A stretch of 64,000 bases of DNA from Lytechinus pictus. Taxonomy: Eukaryota. Made by a program: the position numbers and the translations under genes. Every line of letters starts with the position of its first letter. Position 1 is the first letter of the stretch. Positions 49,166 through 62,224 of this stretch are shown piece by piece. Where the stretch lies: the NCBI RefSeq assembly GCF_037042905.1, contig NC_087245.1, positions 35,774,001-35,838,000 on the forward strand. The letters run 5' to 3'. The notes below the pieces were generated by a model that worked only from the letters and a program-made list of their open reading frames with translations, did no database searches and was not told the DNA's origin.

Positions 49166-49330
49166 ATATACAAGACACCAGTTGTTCCCTTTTCTCCCTC
49201 AAACTAAAAATAGAGCTAAAGACAAGCTACATTGCATCCTTTGCGAATTATTTTCATGACTCATTCAACCAGATGGAATTACAGTAATTATGATTTAATG
49301 CAATTCTTAGCCATACTAAATAGACTTAAC

Positions 49331-49588
49331 CCGTTTTCAGTAACTCGTGATTTTTTGGTCCGCACCAGGCCTGCACTAGAATAGTCCGCACCACGAGCGT
49401 TCAGTAACTGTAGCAGATCCGCGCTACTTTTTACGCTACTTTTACGATGGTGCTGATCTGGTGCTGATAAAAGCAGCAGTGAAATAGCCCGGACATGGAG
49501 CAGGTTGTTTTAGCCCGCACCATTTATAAACTCAAAATTTTACGACTTAACCCAGGTCTGGTCTGGACCAGCGAGTTACCGAAATCGG
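49331..49588. mobile_element. Small MITE
   Basis: CCGTTTTCAGTAACTCG ... CGAGTTACCGAAATCGG imperfect TIRs. Confidence 0.6.
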
Positions 49589-50987
49589 TATAATTTTACA
49601 ACTTAGCCCGGGACTGGTCCGGATCATGCTGGAAGCGGTATTAATCGTCTAAATGGCCTTGGAAAGAAGAATTGTCAATTTCTCTTAATATATAATATAA
49701 ACGGAAGGCATTTAACATATATGCTTGAATCTATCGAAATTTCATTATTTAGAGGTGTTGTGGATAAGTCTCCGGACCTTGAGCTACAAGGTCGGGGATT
49801 TGAATCCCACCGCAACACTTGCGTCCATTTGCAAGGCGTTTATCTACATTTGCCACTCTCCACTCAGGTGTAGTAAATGTGTACGCGGTAGGAAGAAATT
49901 CCTTGAATGCTAGAGCATCTAGTAATGGCAGTCGTGCTAAAACCAGGTAGTAATATGCAGCGCTTAGAAACACAGTATTAAGTGGTATATAAATGCTGCA
50001 TTTTATTATTAATAATAATGATAATAATAATGAAAATAAATGATATGTCTATTTATACAACGCATGCAGTTACTTTGTGCATATACTCAACTGCACTTTG
50101 ATATTTGGTATCAAAATCATTACCCCGGCTGTAGCTGAGCCGCCATATCAATATGCGCTGAAGCGTTCAAGAAATAAATCCCACCGGGTACCCATTTACC
50201 TCACTTGGGTCGAGTGCGGCACAAAGTGGATAATTTTCTTGCCGAAGGAATTTACGCCATGGCTGGGATTCGAACCCACGAGCCTCTGTTTCAAAGTCCG
50301 CAGACTAATCCACTGAGTCAAAACTCTCCACTGATTTGATCTGATTTCTAGTCGAAGGTTATTTTCTTGATTCGATTACCTATTTTTCCATAAGCTCTAT
50401 TATCATCTAATAATAATAAGCACAATATATTTCTAAAAATGATTTTGATAGAAAACTCTGATTCTTGACCTTGTTTCTTAGTGAATATGATATAATAATT
50501 TCAATCACATTCCTTCTATGCCGTGTTTCAAAATGTACTGAAGGAGATACCATGTAATATGACTATCCTACATTAGTATTAATAGCTATCCATAATTTCA
50601 TAATCAGTCACAAATAGCCACTGTATTCATAACGTTCAACAATTTGGTTATTTTTTTTCATCAATCACCATTTTTATGTTGGGGTCGACGATTTTAGCCA
50701 TTGCCACTGATTGACGAGGGGCATTTCATGAAGTATTTGTGGGCGATTTTCCATTGACGACTTCGCTCTCAGCCAATTAGATTACAATATTTCAGTAACT
50801 TTTAACAAGTGTCAGAGGAAATCAGTGACAAGGCATGCTCATGAAATGCATCCCGAGTTCTATTGATGAAAGTGGTGTTAGGGATTCAACCTTATTCCCT
50901 ATGCTATCCCCTATTGTTATGCACAATTAAGGCCTGGGTCTGAATAAACCACTGTTAGGCTCCAGTGCACTCTTCCTGGCTTAACAG

Positions 50988-51804
50988 GTGGAACATTTTT
51001 GCATTGGGTCGGTTGCCTTACCAAGCACTTAGGCTTCACTATCTGCTCAGAAGTCAAACAGGGAGGACCTATGACATGTATGGGTCAATTATTGGTTCAG
51101 AAATGCTGTTGGAAAATTAAAGTTTTTAGACTTGAATTTAGGGCAGATAGCGCTGCATTTTCCATGTCAAAGCATCAAGAACATTACTGCTGAGAATTGA
51201 GGCCTTCCTGATGATTTCCTGCCTTTAGTCACAGATGTCAAACTGTAAGTGAAAATGATTTTGATTACTGTTCATTTTGTATTTTGATTGAGTCATTGAG
51301 AAAGTCAATGTCATTAAACGGACCATTGAATTTTATATAAAAGACAAGAGTGTTAGTTTATAAACTATCTCCAATTTAATTAATGAAGAAGTTGAGTTGT
51401 TCCAGAACACATATTTATTAACTTTTTTTATCTCAGAAATGGGAAAGGATTTTCTAAAAGAAATGCCTTTTAGGAAGAAGTCATTTTTTTGTTATATGTG
51501 AAACATTTTTTAGGACTGATCATGCTTATTAATCAGTTGTGAAATTACATATGAGTATTTTGAAGATTGGAAGATATTATTCCTTTGAATACAGGAATTA
51601 ATCTAGGGGATTACATATATGAATATTGTGAAGATTTAAAGATATTATTATTCCTTAGATTATTTATAGTTTGGGTAATGTTTGTTTTTTAGATGGGTTC
51701 CAATTCTGGTTCTGAGTTTGGTTCCAAGTCTGGTTCCAACTGCCGTTCCAATGGCCGTTCCAGTAGCCGTTCCGGTCCCATTCCCGGCTCCGGCTTTACC
51801 ATGA
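50988..51804 (+). pseudogene. Decayed two-exon gene fragment, possibly homeodomain-like
   Basis: Exon-like 50988-51244 (ttaacag / gtaagt) and 51693-51804 (ttttag ... TGA) join in phase 2 after removing one 5-nt frameshift; one internal TGA. Confidence 0.4.
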
Positions 51805-52227
51805 TTATGACTGTCAAATCCCACCATGGACAAGACTTCTAAAGAGGGTCAGAGAGGGAAGACAGATTCGTCGTCGATTCGTCAGTATCAATGAACATTG
51901 AACTGGAGTGATTTTTTCACCGCATAAAGTGGGCTACTTTGTATGTTATTTCAAAGAATTTTATATGTTATTTGTACTCTGAAACAAAGCTATTGAATTA
52001 TCGTTCTAGTCTGAATACAGCTAGTTTTAATAAATTCTTTAAACTGTATTTTTATTGTTCATGTAATTATTTCATTTAACGTCCTCTTGAGTTACTTGGG
52101 TGTGACAATTGGTTGCGTGAAATGATTGTGTGTCCTCTTAGGTTGACTTGGGTGTGACAAGTGTTTTTTTTGTTCATTTTTTTTCGTTGTTCGAAAACAT
52201 GAATTAATTGCTATGACGTAATCGTTA

Positions 52228-52456
52228 CACACTTAAAATGTTGGGCAACATACTGTCCACTGTGTTGGGTAATGTATGTTGGTTAAAAAATAGAGGCCTA
52301 TATTCTGGGCAATTATCCAATTGAGCACATGTATTACCCAATTATTAGTTTATTATTGCACAATTTGGACAAATTTTAACCAATAGTTGTGTGGACAGTA
52401 TGCTGCCGAGTGATGGTTAAAAATTGGGCCATTTTTGCCCAACCTTTTTAAGAGTG
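52228..52456. mobile_element. CACTA/EnSpm-like MITE
   Basis: TA|CACACTTAAAA..GTTGGGCAA ... TTGCCCAAC..TTTTAAGAGTG|TA. Confidence 0.65.
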
Positions 52457-53501
52457 TAAATGACAGTAATGATGTCACATTCACACCAGTAAGCTGACCG
52501 CAGACCGATCAAATCTATTACATTATTTCAAATAGCATACGATCGATCGGTGTGGAGTCTGCTTTGTTGATGTGACTGAAGCCTTGGACTCATTCTAGAG
52601 TTAACAGTAAATACATAGGCATCGCACACAACCTGAGGCCCTTTGCTTTGAAAATTTGCAATCAACCACTGGTCCAACGTCAACCATGATAACTCGACTT
52701 CCAATGAATAAAAACTCACATTTTGGAACGCATGGTGGATCTTTTTGCAACGGGCTTCTGGGCTATGAACAGTTACCCAGACGACGCCATTTTTTTCAGA
52801 AAAGTGATAATCATGACTTATGGAGTGACGTCAGACTGTCTTGAAAATTGGAAAAAGGAACGGCGTTTAAGATAATTACGAGCAAGGCATTATTTTTAAA
52901 AAAATCTTAGAAAACAAGACAACTGAACTTTCGTCTACCTTGTATGTGGGGACAGTTTGACTTTTACCTATACTAAAGTCTTTCGTGGTATTAAGAATTC
53001 TCTGGAACATTTCCGTGATGTAAGTCCCTATTATTGCGTTTAGCTCTCTTTCTTTCTCTGGGTTGATTAAACCAGAAACTGAAGACACCGTTTAAAGGAA
53101 AACAAATAAATATTGTTCCTATCCCACGATAACTGATCTATATGAAACGAATTCGGAGATTAGTAACCATGCCTATAATTCCCCGTCATTGGATTAATAG
53201 GGAGTTTTTGTTACTGGATGGTATTAAGCTTGGAGAACGGTGGAGCACAGAAATGCGAGCTTTGTGAATTCATGTGAACAATCCAGTGCGTAAGGGAACA
53301 CGGTACGCTCCTGGTAACCTTCTGCAGACCCCCCCCCCCTTAAAGAAGAAGAAGTTCATTCAGGAACCTGGTTGAACGCTGCGATCGATGCACTATGCAT
53401 GATGTTGGCAGGTGCGATTATAGCATTTGACCATCTGAACATGGACTTTGGTGTTCACTCAGCTCCCGTCCGATCCCAAGCATGAAAAAGCTTCCGTCCA
53501 G

Positions 53502-53634
53502 GTGGGTGTTTCTTAAAGCTGTTCATTAAGTTACGCACAACTTTACGCACGACTGGAACGTGATCTTAAGTGCGCTAATAGAGTCGTGCGTTAAGTCTGG
53601 CGTAACTTTACAAACAGCTTTGAGAAACACCCAC
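53502..53634. mobile_element. Harbinger-like MITE just downstream of the K2P stop codon
   Basis: CAG|GTGGGTGTTTC ... GAAACACCCAC|CAG. Confidence 0.85.
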
Positions 53635-53672
53635 CAGGAACTAAAACTCCATGTGCGCTATAACTTATTGGA

Positions 53673-55225
53673 TCAATCCTTGATGATGCCGATTCTTCGT
53701 CCAAAACCTTTAACTATGAATATAAACTTTTTAATGATGAGAGCAATACACATCGACGTCACTGCCATACCGATCATTGTATACACACAGCAAGCGATTA
53801 AGCTAGTCAAATTTGTGTCAGGTACTAGATCACCAAAACCAATGGTAGTTAGTGTGATAAAACAGAAATAGAATGCGTCGAAGAAATCCCAGTTGTTCTC
53901 TAACATAGAGAATAAAATGGCACCGGAGGTTATGTAGCTAAATAGAAGGAGTAAGACGGGCCACATTGGGATATCAGCTACCTCAAGGCTCCTTGTACCC
54001 CGTCCTTCGCTAGTGTCTGATTCACTACCTTCATAGATTGTTCCTAATTCATCATCGAGCTGATCCCCTCGACGACCTTTCTTTTTCCGTTTACCCTTTC
54101 CCTTTCGGCCACCTTCACGTACGACCTCAGCCTCTGGTTGAACAGGAAGTGGACGAGGATCGAAACCTTTATTTGCGATGTCGTGAAGGAGTTTGGTGTT
54201 TTCCCCACAAGATAACTCGGGTAGAGCAAAAGCCAAGTCTTCGCGACTACTACCAAGAATCTTGTCATAAGTGGCTAAACGTATTGCAAGAGTAGAGTCT
54301 ATAAGCTTTAGCTTTCTATGATGGTGTAATGAATAAAGACTTGGTGGTTTCATTAGAATCTTTTTCCGCGCTCTCCGCTTCCTTGGAAAAGTGTTACCAT
54401 GTCTATGATTGACTCCAAGATTGGAGCGATCAAGAGAAGCATTACCTTCACTCTGAGCATAGTCCCTTCGTCGTTTCCGACGTTTTTCTGCTCTAGGATA
54501 GGTCTGCGACCCTGACTGATTATACCTTGACGCTGATGAGCTTTGTCTTGATATACTCTTCTGTTCTGAAGGTGGTCGACTTGAATCACCTTCACTTCCG
54601 TCTCCTTCCTTCCTCTCCTCCCCCTCGCTGCTTCCTTTATCAAACTGACGGAATTCAATGCACGACTGCTGTCGAGGGAAAGACGAACGATTTTGTTTCC
54701 CGCTACCCAACTCAACACTCGACTCTGCGCGACTGGTTGTCGGGAATGGCTGCGAGCTGGCGGAATCATAACTGTCACTCTTTGCAAGCGATGGCGATCG
54801 CCTGTCCGTCTCTGACGCGGTGCAGAGTGAAGCTGTATCACTCTTAGTATCGTCGACTGATCCTTGACCAATCTCTTCACTGATGGGACGAGGAAGATTG
54901 ATCAAGGATTGTTGACGTGGTGTACTACCAAGACTACGACGAGAGCTCTGTGTGTCCGAAAACACATCCTCCTCTTCATCATTGCCTTCTGCTAATCTAT
55001 CGGCCATCTCATTCGATTCTGCGTAAGGGGGTGGTAATCTAGGATCACTTGAGGATACTATATCCATGTTGAGAGATAAAGGACGTTGGTTGGTTAGTTT
55101 GGTCTGATTGTCCATGTTAACGATTGTTTGGCGATGAGACTGAGAATTCTTCTTGTTCCCCCTTTTTGATCCCTTTCGAACTTTCTTCTGGCTTGAAGGA
55201 GCCCCCTTGGCTGATTTGGTGCTAC
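53673..55225 (-). CDS. Terminal exon of a two-pore-domain K+ channel (K2P; TWK/TRESK(KCNK18)-like): long M2-M3 loop, M3, P2, M4, short C-tail
   Basis: PMWPVLLLLFSYITSGAILFSMLE (M3), WDFFDAFYFCFITLTTIGFGDLVP (pore helix + GFG filter), YTMIGMAVTSMCIALI (M4). Acceptor acatag at 55226-55227, and the frame is open from it. M1-P1-M2 exons are not in the window. Confidence 0.92.
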
Positions 55226-56324
55226 CTATGTGTTTTGAAATGAAATAAAGACGAAAAAAGGAAAGAAATCAGTTTATAATAAGCATGTCTGCAAGAATAG
55301 TTGTGGGTATTTTTTTGTTTATTTATTTATTACGTCTTATTTTATCAGGGTACATGACTCTGTCAGTGGGTCAAACATTGTTATACTTAGAGGCCCTGAA
55401 ATACAATAACGAAAATACATTAGAAAAACAATAACAACATGTACATGAAACTTATTGTCAACTACAACTGTACATGCTACTATTATCTAATAATAAAACA
55501 AAATAATGATGTTTTTGACTGAGAACCCTTTCAATTTCACAATAGCGTTTCAATACATTCTTAAAAGAGCTAAAACACAACCGATCACCCTTACAACGTG
55601 TCGAAAAAATAAAATATTTAGCGTGAAGAATATAACGCTTTACAGTAGTAGAGTATTGAGCGTCAGGGCAACCAAACAAAAATACATTCTTATTCAAATA
55701 CACGTCATTGTTAAAAAAAAGTATGGAAGTTCTGAATAAATTGTTGAGTTACAGGGCAGTCCCAAAACAGATGCGAAATACTTTCAACAGAGGAAGAACA
55801 AAATGTACATAAATTAGATTCAGATAAGCCCATATCATAAAGATGTTTGTTCACCCCAATTATCCGATTGAAACGTTTATATTGAAAGTAGCGGAGTTGT
55901 GTTGAAAGACAGCATTCAAAGGAAATCATATACAATATCGATTCCAATTATTAACCGGTTCATTTAGAATGGATGCCCATTTTGTTTGCGAAGTCGGGGA
56001 CTGTTTCATTGAACATGCTCAAAGCACTTTGCCACATAACATAATATCACGGCAAATTCTACTCTCCAAGTGCTTGTAATATATATTAAGGGGATATAAA
56101 TGAGAAAAACAATCAAATTTCGTCCTTGGCTTAAATATATATCAAATAACCATTTTGTCTTAATTCCAGTTCAGATATTCCCATTCTGTCAAATACACTT
56201 AGAAAAAAAAAAGTTAATTTTTGTTCTCTGATATTTTCCAGGGGATGATCATAGTATTTTGTGAGAAGGGGCAGGGGAACAAAATGGCCTTTTGAATGAT
56301 AATACAGAGTTATACGACCTATAT

Positions 56325-56501
56325 GGCCCGAATTCACAAAGGTGGTTTTAAAACCATCGGTTGAACCCATGTGACAAAAGCGCGCATCAGCATTGGACAT
56401 TTTTTAATACACGCGGTAAATAGGCGTAATTTATAAAGGAAATTTGCATAAACCATAGGTTCAACCGATGGTTTTTAAAACCACCTTTGTGAATTCGGGC
56501 C
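56325..56501. mobile_element. Harbinger-like MITE (copy at 15295-15452 lacks the left tip)
   Basis: GGCCCGAATTCACAAAGGTGGTTTT ... AAAACCACCTTTGTGAATTCGGGCC. Confidence 0.85.
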
Positions 56502-56983
56502 GTTGTGTTTCTTTTTAGACTATATTCTATCTTCTGTCTTCCTCTTTTCTCTTTTGTTCACTAAGATCAGGGGAGAGAATGAGGTCCCCCTGTGGGACTC
56601 TAAGCTCATCATATGCAACTAACTGTATGACTAAATTGACTGTCGTAACTGTATGAAATGAGAAGGAAAAAAACCCCGTAATTATATCAATAGGCAATTT
56701 AAGCATTAATTGGTTAGTATTTTACTCTGCCACAATGGCCGTTCTGTTGATTTTATATTAACATCTATCAAAATGTTGTATTCAATGGAAATGTATTTTT
56801 CAAGTCTTTTGCATGCATTCGCCGATCTTGCTAGAATTATCTTTGTTACGTTTTACAACATTCACATTGAATAGGTTTTAGGGAGTATCTAAATCCAATG
56901 ATTCTATTGATAAAAAAGGACCTTATATTTTTTCTAATAAACGACATAATTTGACCTGAATTGCTATCATGTTATCGTTTCAG

Positions 56984-59900
56984 CTGATATATTGTGGGTG
57001 TACACCGGTCCCGCTAAATGGTTTACAAGTCAAGTTATATACAGTGCTTACGTCGCCTTAGATACATTCTTTTTCCTGGGGTAAGTTGAATCAATTAGGG
57101 AAAATTTATATTTCCCATTAAACCAATAACATAAAAAACTGAATTATTTCATTTATACAAGTACTACAACAGTAGCTATTTATTCTACCTTANNNNNNNN
57201 NNNNNNNNNNNNNNNNNNNNNNNNNNNNNNNNNNNNNNNNNNNNNNNNNNNNNNNNNNNNNNNNNNNNNNNNNNNNNNNNNNNNNNNNNNNNNNNNNNNN
57301 NNNNNNNNNNNNNNNNNNNNNNNNNNNNNNNNNNNNNNNNNNNNNNNNNNNNNNNNNNNNNNNNNNNNNNNNNNNNNNNNNNNNNNNNNNNNNNNNNNNN
57401 NNNNNNNNNNNNNNNNNNNNNNNNNNNNNNNNNNNNNNNNNNNNNNNNNNNNNNNNNNNNNNNNNNNNNNNNNNNNNNNNNNNNNNNNNNNNNNNNNNNN
57501 NNNNNNNNNNNNNNNNNNNNNNNNNNNNNNNNNNNNNNNNNNNNNNNNNNNNNNNNNNNNNNNNNNNNNNNNNNNNNNNNNNNNNNNNNNNNNNTACTAC
57601 TGACGGGTGTACTTTTTTCGTTTTATCTTTACAGATTTTTTTATTATTATTATTATTATTTTTTTTTTTTTTTTTGGGGGGGGGGTTACACCATTACCCC
57701 CTTCCCATAACTGGAAAATTAAATATTTCTTTCTCATTCATTGAAACTGCAATTGTAGGTTATTTCTGTCCACCAAATAGTGCAATAAAATGTGGATACA
57801 TGAATGACTTACAATTTGGTAGTGATGTTGTTATGTCGTAAGATATTTAGCAAATCGTTAAAATTAATGCTACTGGAAGATTATAATTAATTAGGTATGG
57901 TAAAATACTGCCTGAAAACAAATAATTCTATATAAAGATTTTGTGAATAATTAAGATATTTTTTTCTTGTAAAAAGTGTAAATATGTTCATTGAAAATGA
58001 TCGAAATTTTCTGCAACAGTATAAGTAGAATTAGTATTGATTTTGATGTACAATATTGAGATTTAGTTAGATTTATTGTTTAAACTATGATAATGACATT
58101 ATTTGGGGCTAACCTCGATTAGCATCTTGCTATTATGTTAGCTCCAATTACCAAATGTTTTGTTTATATGTGATGTACTATTCCTTGTAATTGTACCTGA
58201 CAGTGATATTTTGTAATAAATTCAATTCAATTCAATATACTAACAAAGAATTAACAAAGAATAATTCCAATGTAAAGCGCTTAGAAACAAAGTGTAATGA
58301 GCGCTATATAATTGTAACTATTATTATTATAAGAATTAGCCTTTTTACAATGGAATATAATTGATAAAGTTCTGGGAATGGACTCAACAAATATTCGTTT
58401 GTACTCTTACTTAATGAGTGATACATTATTTATCTGTTATATCAATACATTAATGAAAGTATTAATGAAGTTTTAGGCAGTTGNNNNNNNNNNNNNNNNN
58501 NNNNNNNNNNNNNNNNNNNNNNNNNNNNNNNNNNNNNNNNNNNNNNNNNNNNNNNNNNNNNNNNNNNNNNNNNNNNNNNNNNNNNNNNNNNNNNNNNNNN
58601 NNNNNNNNNNNNNNNNNNNNNNNTATATTTATTTTTGTTTAAATTGTTTTTATTGATCGATTGATATTATTTTTTTATTTATTTATGTATTCATTTATTT
58701 ATTCATTTATTCATTTGTTGATTGCTTGATTGATTGATTGATTAATTTGTATTTTGCCCCTGAATTAAAATGGGGTCGTATGCGTGTATCACTAAATTTT
58801 ACCTAATGTCTGTTATTATTTTGTATCATACAGCGGTCTCCTTGTTGCCTATACAGGGTTCAAATACATGGCAAAGTCTGTTGGAAGAGTGAACTGGTTA
58901 ATTGCAATAGTTCATCGTTATCTCAGGTAATAATCTACTTTGGCCACTCTCCACCCGGGTGAAGTCAATGTTGTACTCGATTAGGGCGACAGAGGGGGTT
59001 TTCACTCCGACGCATACGGATAATTCAAGAATAGAACAAAGAAATGTTTGTCTAATTCCCTTTATGACAAAGAACAACCAAAAAGGCTTTGTCGAAAATT
59101 TGGGAATGAACGAAGCAGCAATTTCGTCCTGGACTCTGATGGACAAACGACATATATTTGCAATTATTCGTCAGCTCCGAAACTCAGGACGAAACTCATG
59201 TTCCAGTTCACCAATTACAATCATATAGATTTTCGACAAAGACTTCCCAGCTATTCTCTGTGATTTGATGGGCATTCTCAATACATTTTCTGTGGGATTT
59301 TTTTAAACCCTGTGTACGTCTGCTGGCAAAAAACTCCCTGTGCTTGAACGATTACATTACCACAATAGCAGGGTAAATTCTGGTATTGAATGCTTGTTTG
59401 GTTTATTTTTCACGCAAAATCACATTTATAAACTTGTCAAAGTCATAGTAGCCCGTATCATGAATTAAGGAAAGTCTTTAATCAAATTTCTATTAGTATA
59501 GCGCAGATCGCATCCTGAATTTTCCGTCCAATTGATGCTAGCGAAGTGATTTTATACCAGGTGTTTTTTATGTTTGAATATAATAGTGTACGTAGAATGC
59601 CTTATGATATTGATGGGCATGGATGTCGATCGATGTTCATGGTTGGTCGGACGACAAACCCAAACTGTGACGAGATCTTTTTTTTGTTTAGGGAGAGGAG
59701 GGGGTCAGTGGCGTAAAAGTCTAAATTTGTTATGGGACAGACATTGTGTAAAAGACAAAATATTAAAAAGCCGCGAGCGAGCTAAAAATGACCTTTTCAA
59801 TACAAACATTTTAATTTGTGATACCTTTTGACATGATATTTTAAAGATATATACATTTTAACCCTCTTTCTTTTTTTCTTTTCTTTTTTCCTTTTCGTGA

Positions 59901-62224
59901 AACATTTGGGCTCTATTGGTTCAAGTCCCATATCTGTACACGGGGGGGGGGGGGGGGGGTAATCCTTAAGACGAACGGTTTAACTTTATGTTAGCTGTAT
60001 GTAAGACTAGACTAGATAAGACTAGATACTACTTGTGTGTACTTGATCGACAATGCGAGCACGAAGTTCGAGCAGAAATCTTTTGAAAGAAAACAAAATA
60101 CACGCTATAGTGGGTGATTGACTTACACCATGAATTTATCTCTGGTTTAAAAAATGCTTGACACGGTCCTATCAACACTGACTGGTTTAGTTTTAAAACC
60201 ATTGATTTGGCAGTGATCGTTTTTCCATCATGTCTTTACTATCCACAGAATAACACCGGCAATGGCCGTCATGATTCTTTTATACACCTTTGTGTACCCG
60301 TATCTTGGTGAGGGACCTTTCTGGCATTTACGAGTCCAAGATACCCTAGCCTGTTACGATTGGTGGTGGACCAACTTCCTTTACATCAACAATTTCGTGC
60401 CATCGAATACATCCTCCGGGGTGCAGTTTCCTTTTTTTTATATTTTGTAGATAATGGGGCCATTATAAGTACGGCCATGAAGGTTCTATCTCCATTGTAG
60501 GGCTGGGGGAGGGGGGGGGGGGGTGATTCAGCCTACCTCTTGGACTTGGCCGTTGACTCCGGTCATGCCAAAGACCGGCAGCACACCACCTATGATGTCG
60601 TCTGCTCATTCTTTTGGTGGTTAAGTGCGACTCCAAGTCGACTCCAAGTTGCACTTGAATCTTTGTGAAAAAAACCCTGTTCTGTTTAATTGCTAAAAAA
60701 AACATCCTGATATGACAAATTTGAAGGATTGATTCTGTCACATTTTCTGTAAAGTCTTCTGTTTCTGAAAATAAACTTCTGTAATTTTTTTAAAAATTAT
60801 ATTATATATATTATATGATATTGATTGGCTGTTTACTCTGTTACCATGGTAGTTATCATAATGGTAAATTTACAATAATTGTAGATTTATATGAAACAAG
60901 TACCTTGTGGTGATTAAAGTCTGAAAGCTAGCCTATTTATTTGACCAAAGAAGAACATTTTATGTGCCTTTTCTCTCTCGTGGTTCAGTGCTTATCCTGG
61001 TCATGGTATCTTGCCACGGACATGCAGCTATTTCTGCTTTCAATCATCCTCATCGTTCTCATCTGGTGGTAAGATATCTTCTTTAATGATCTTCCAGCAG
61101 AAATCCTGCTGAACCCTAAATCCTCCGTTGACATAGAGGCGGATCCAAGGTTTCATTATGGCTAATCAGAGGTGAAGACAAATCTATTATAATTGGCAAA
61201 CATTTTGGAAAACAAAAGAGGGGGTTCGGATTGCCCCCTCCCCCCAAAAGGACATGATTGCTGTTTAGAAATGATTGACAAGTGAAAAGGAATGCATTAA
61301 CAAGTAAAGATGAAAAGATTTTTCTAAAGGAGCGGGGAGAGCCAGGAATGTTGGGGGGGGGGCGGACTCATCCGTCTCAGTGCCTTACTAGCGAGTACAA
61401 TTTTGATAATGTTCTGAGTTTCGACGGAGCAGGGGACGGAAAGGGGAGGGGGAAGGGCAGCGGAGTCTCCTGTCTACATGATAGAAATCAGTGCTTTTAG
61501 AAAACTAGTATGCGCATTATGTGGTTTCTAGCGGGATCCCTATGACATGTTTGCTTTAGTTTTCAATCGTGCTACCATGAACCATAACTTGGAAGTAGGC
61601 TCAAAGTTATACAAAACTTGTATGCCCATCCACAACCATCAATATGACCAATTTGTTTGCTGTTGATATGCATGAACATTAAATAAAATCCTGTAGGTTG
61701 AGTTCCCTTTGCTTCATTAGCTAATATTTCGTCAGGTTTGTTGATGTCGAATCGAAAATAATGCTTGTCTCAATCAATCAATCAATCAATCAAAATCAAT
61801 ACAATGCATCCACTTCATATGCAATAAATCCTGCTATATTATGATAAGCCAACTATGAAATGAATGGGTAGGACTATTAATTCAAAATATTCTTAAACGG
61901 TCTATATTGAAACAACAATGTTCACAGCTCAATATTTTTTAAAACATTTGTTTAACTTTTTGTAAAATATTCAGGAATCAGTTGAGATCGTAAACCAGTC
62001 TGTCAGAGTGCAGGTTGTGGTACTGTTAAATTTCACTTTGACCGTATATTAATATTCTTAGCATTAGTTACTATGTTTTGATTACTCTAATTTATTTGAA
62101 TGTTTCTTTACAGGTTTCCAGTTATTGGCATCTTTGTATTATGTCTTCTGACAGTCACCAGTATCATCATACGTGCTGTTCTCTTTTCTGTGAGGGAGTA
62201 CCAAGCAACTCAATTTGCCAATGC
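56984..62224 (+). pseudogene. 5'-truncated duplicate of OACYL-like exons 8-12
   Basis: Exons 56984-57080, 58834-58926, 60249-60420, 60989-61068 and 62114-62224 have intact splice sites. Only synonymous differences were noticed (CTT/CTG, TCG/TCA). Exons 1-7 are absent immediately upstream. May be an allelic assembly duplicate. Confidence 0.75.
57836..58234 (+). mobile_element. 5'-truncated non-LTR retroelement 3' end, present only in the second copy
   Basis: Absent at the homologous site ~16868; ends AATAAA(TTCAA)3. Confidence 0.7.

Noticed and set aside
54038-54880. Alternative-frame and antisense ORFs in the K2P exon (similar ones at 32284-33196)
   Set aside because: Shadows of real coding exons with elevated GC
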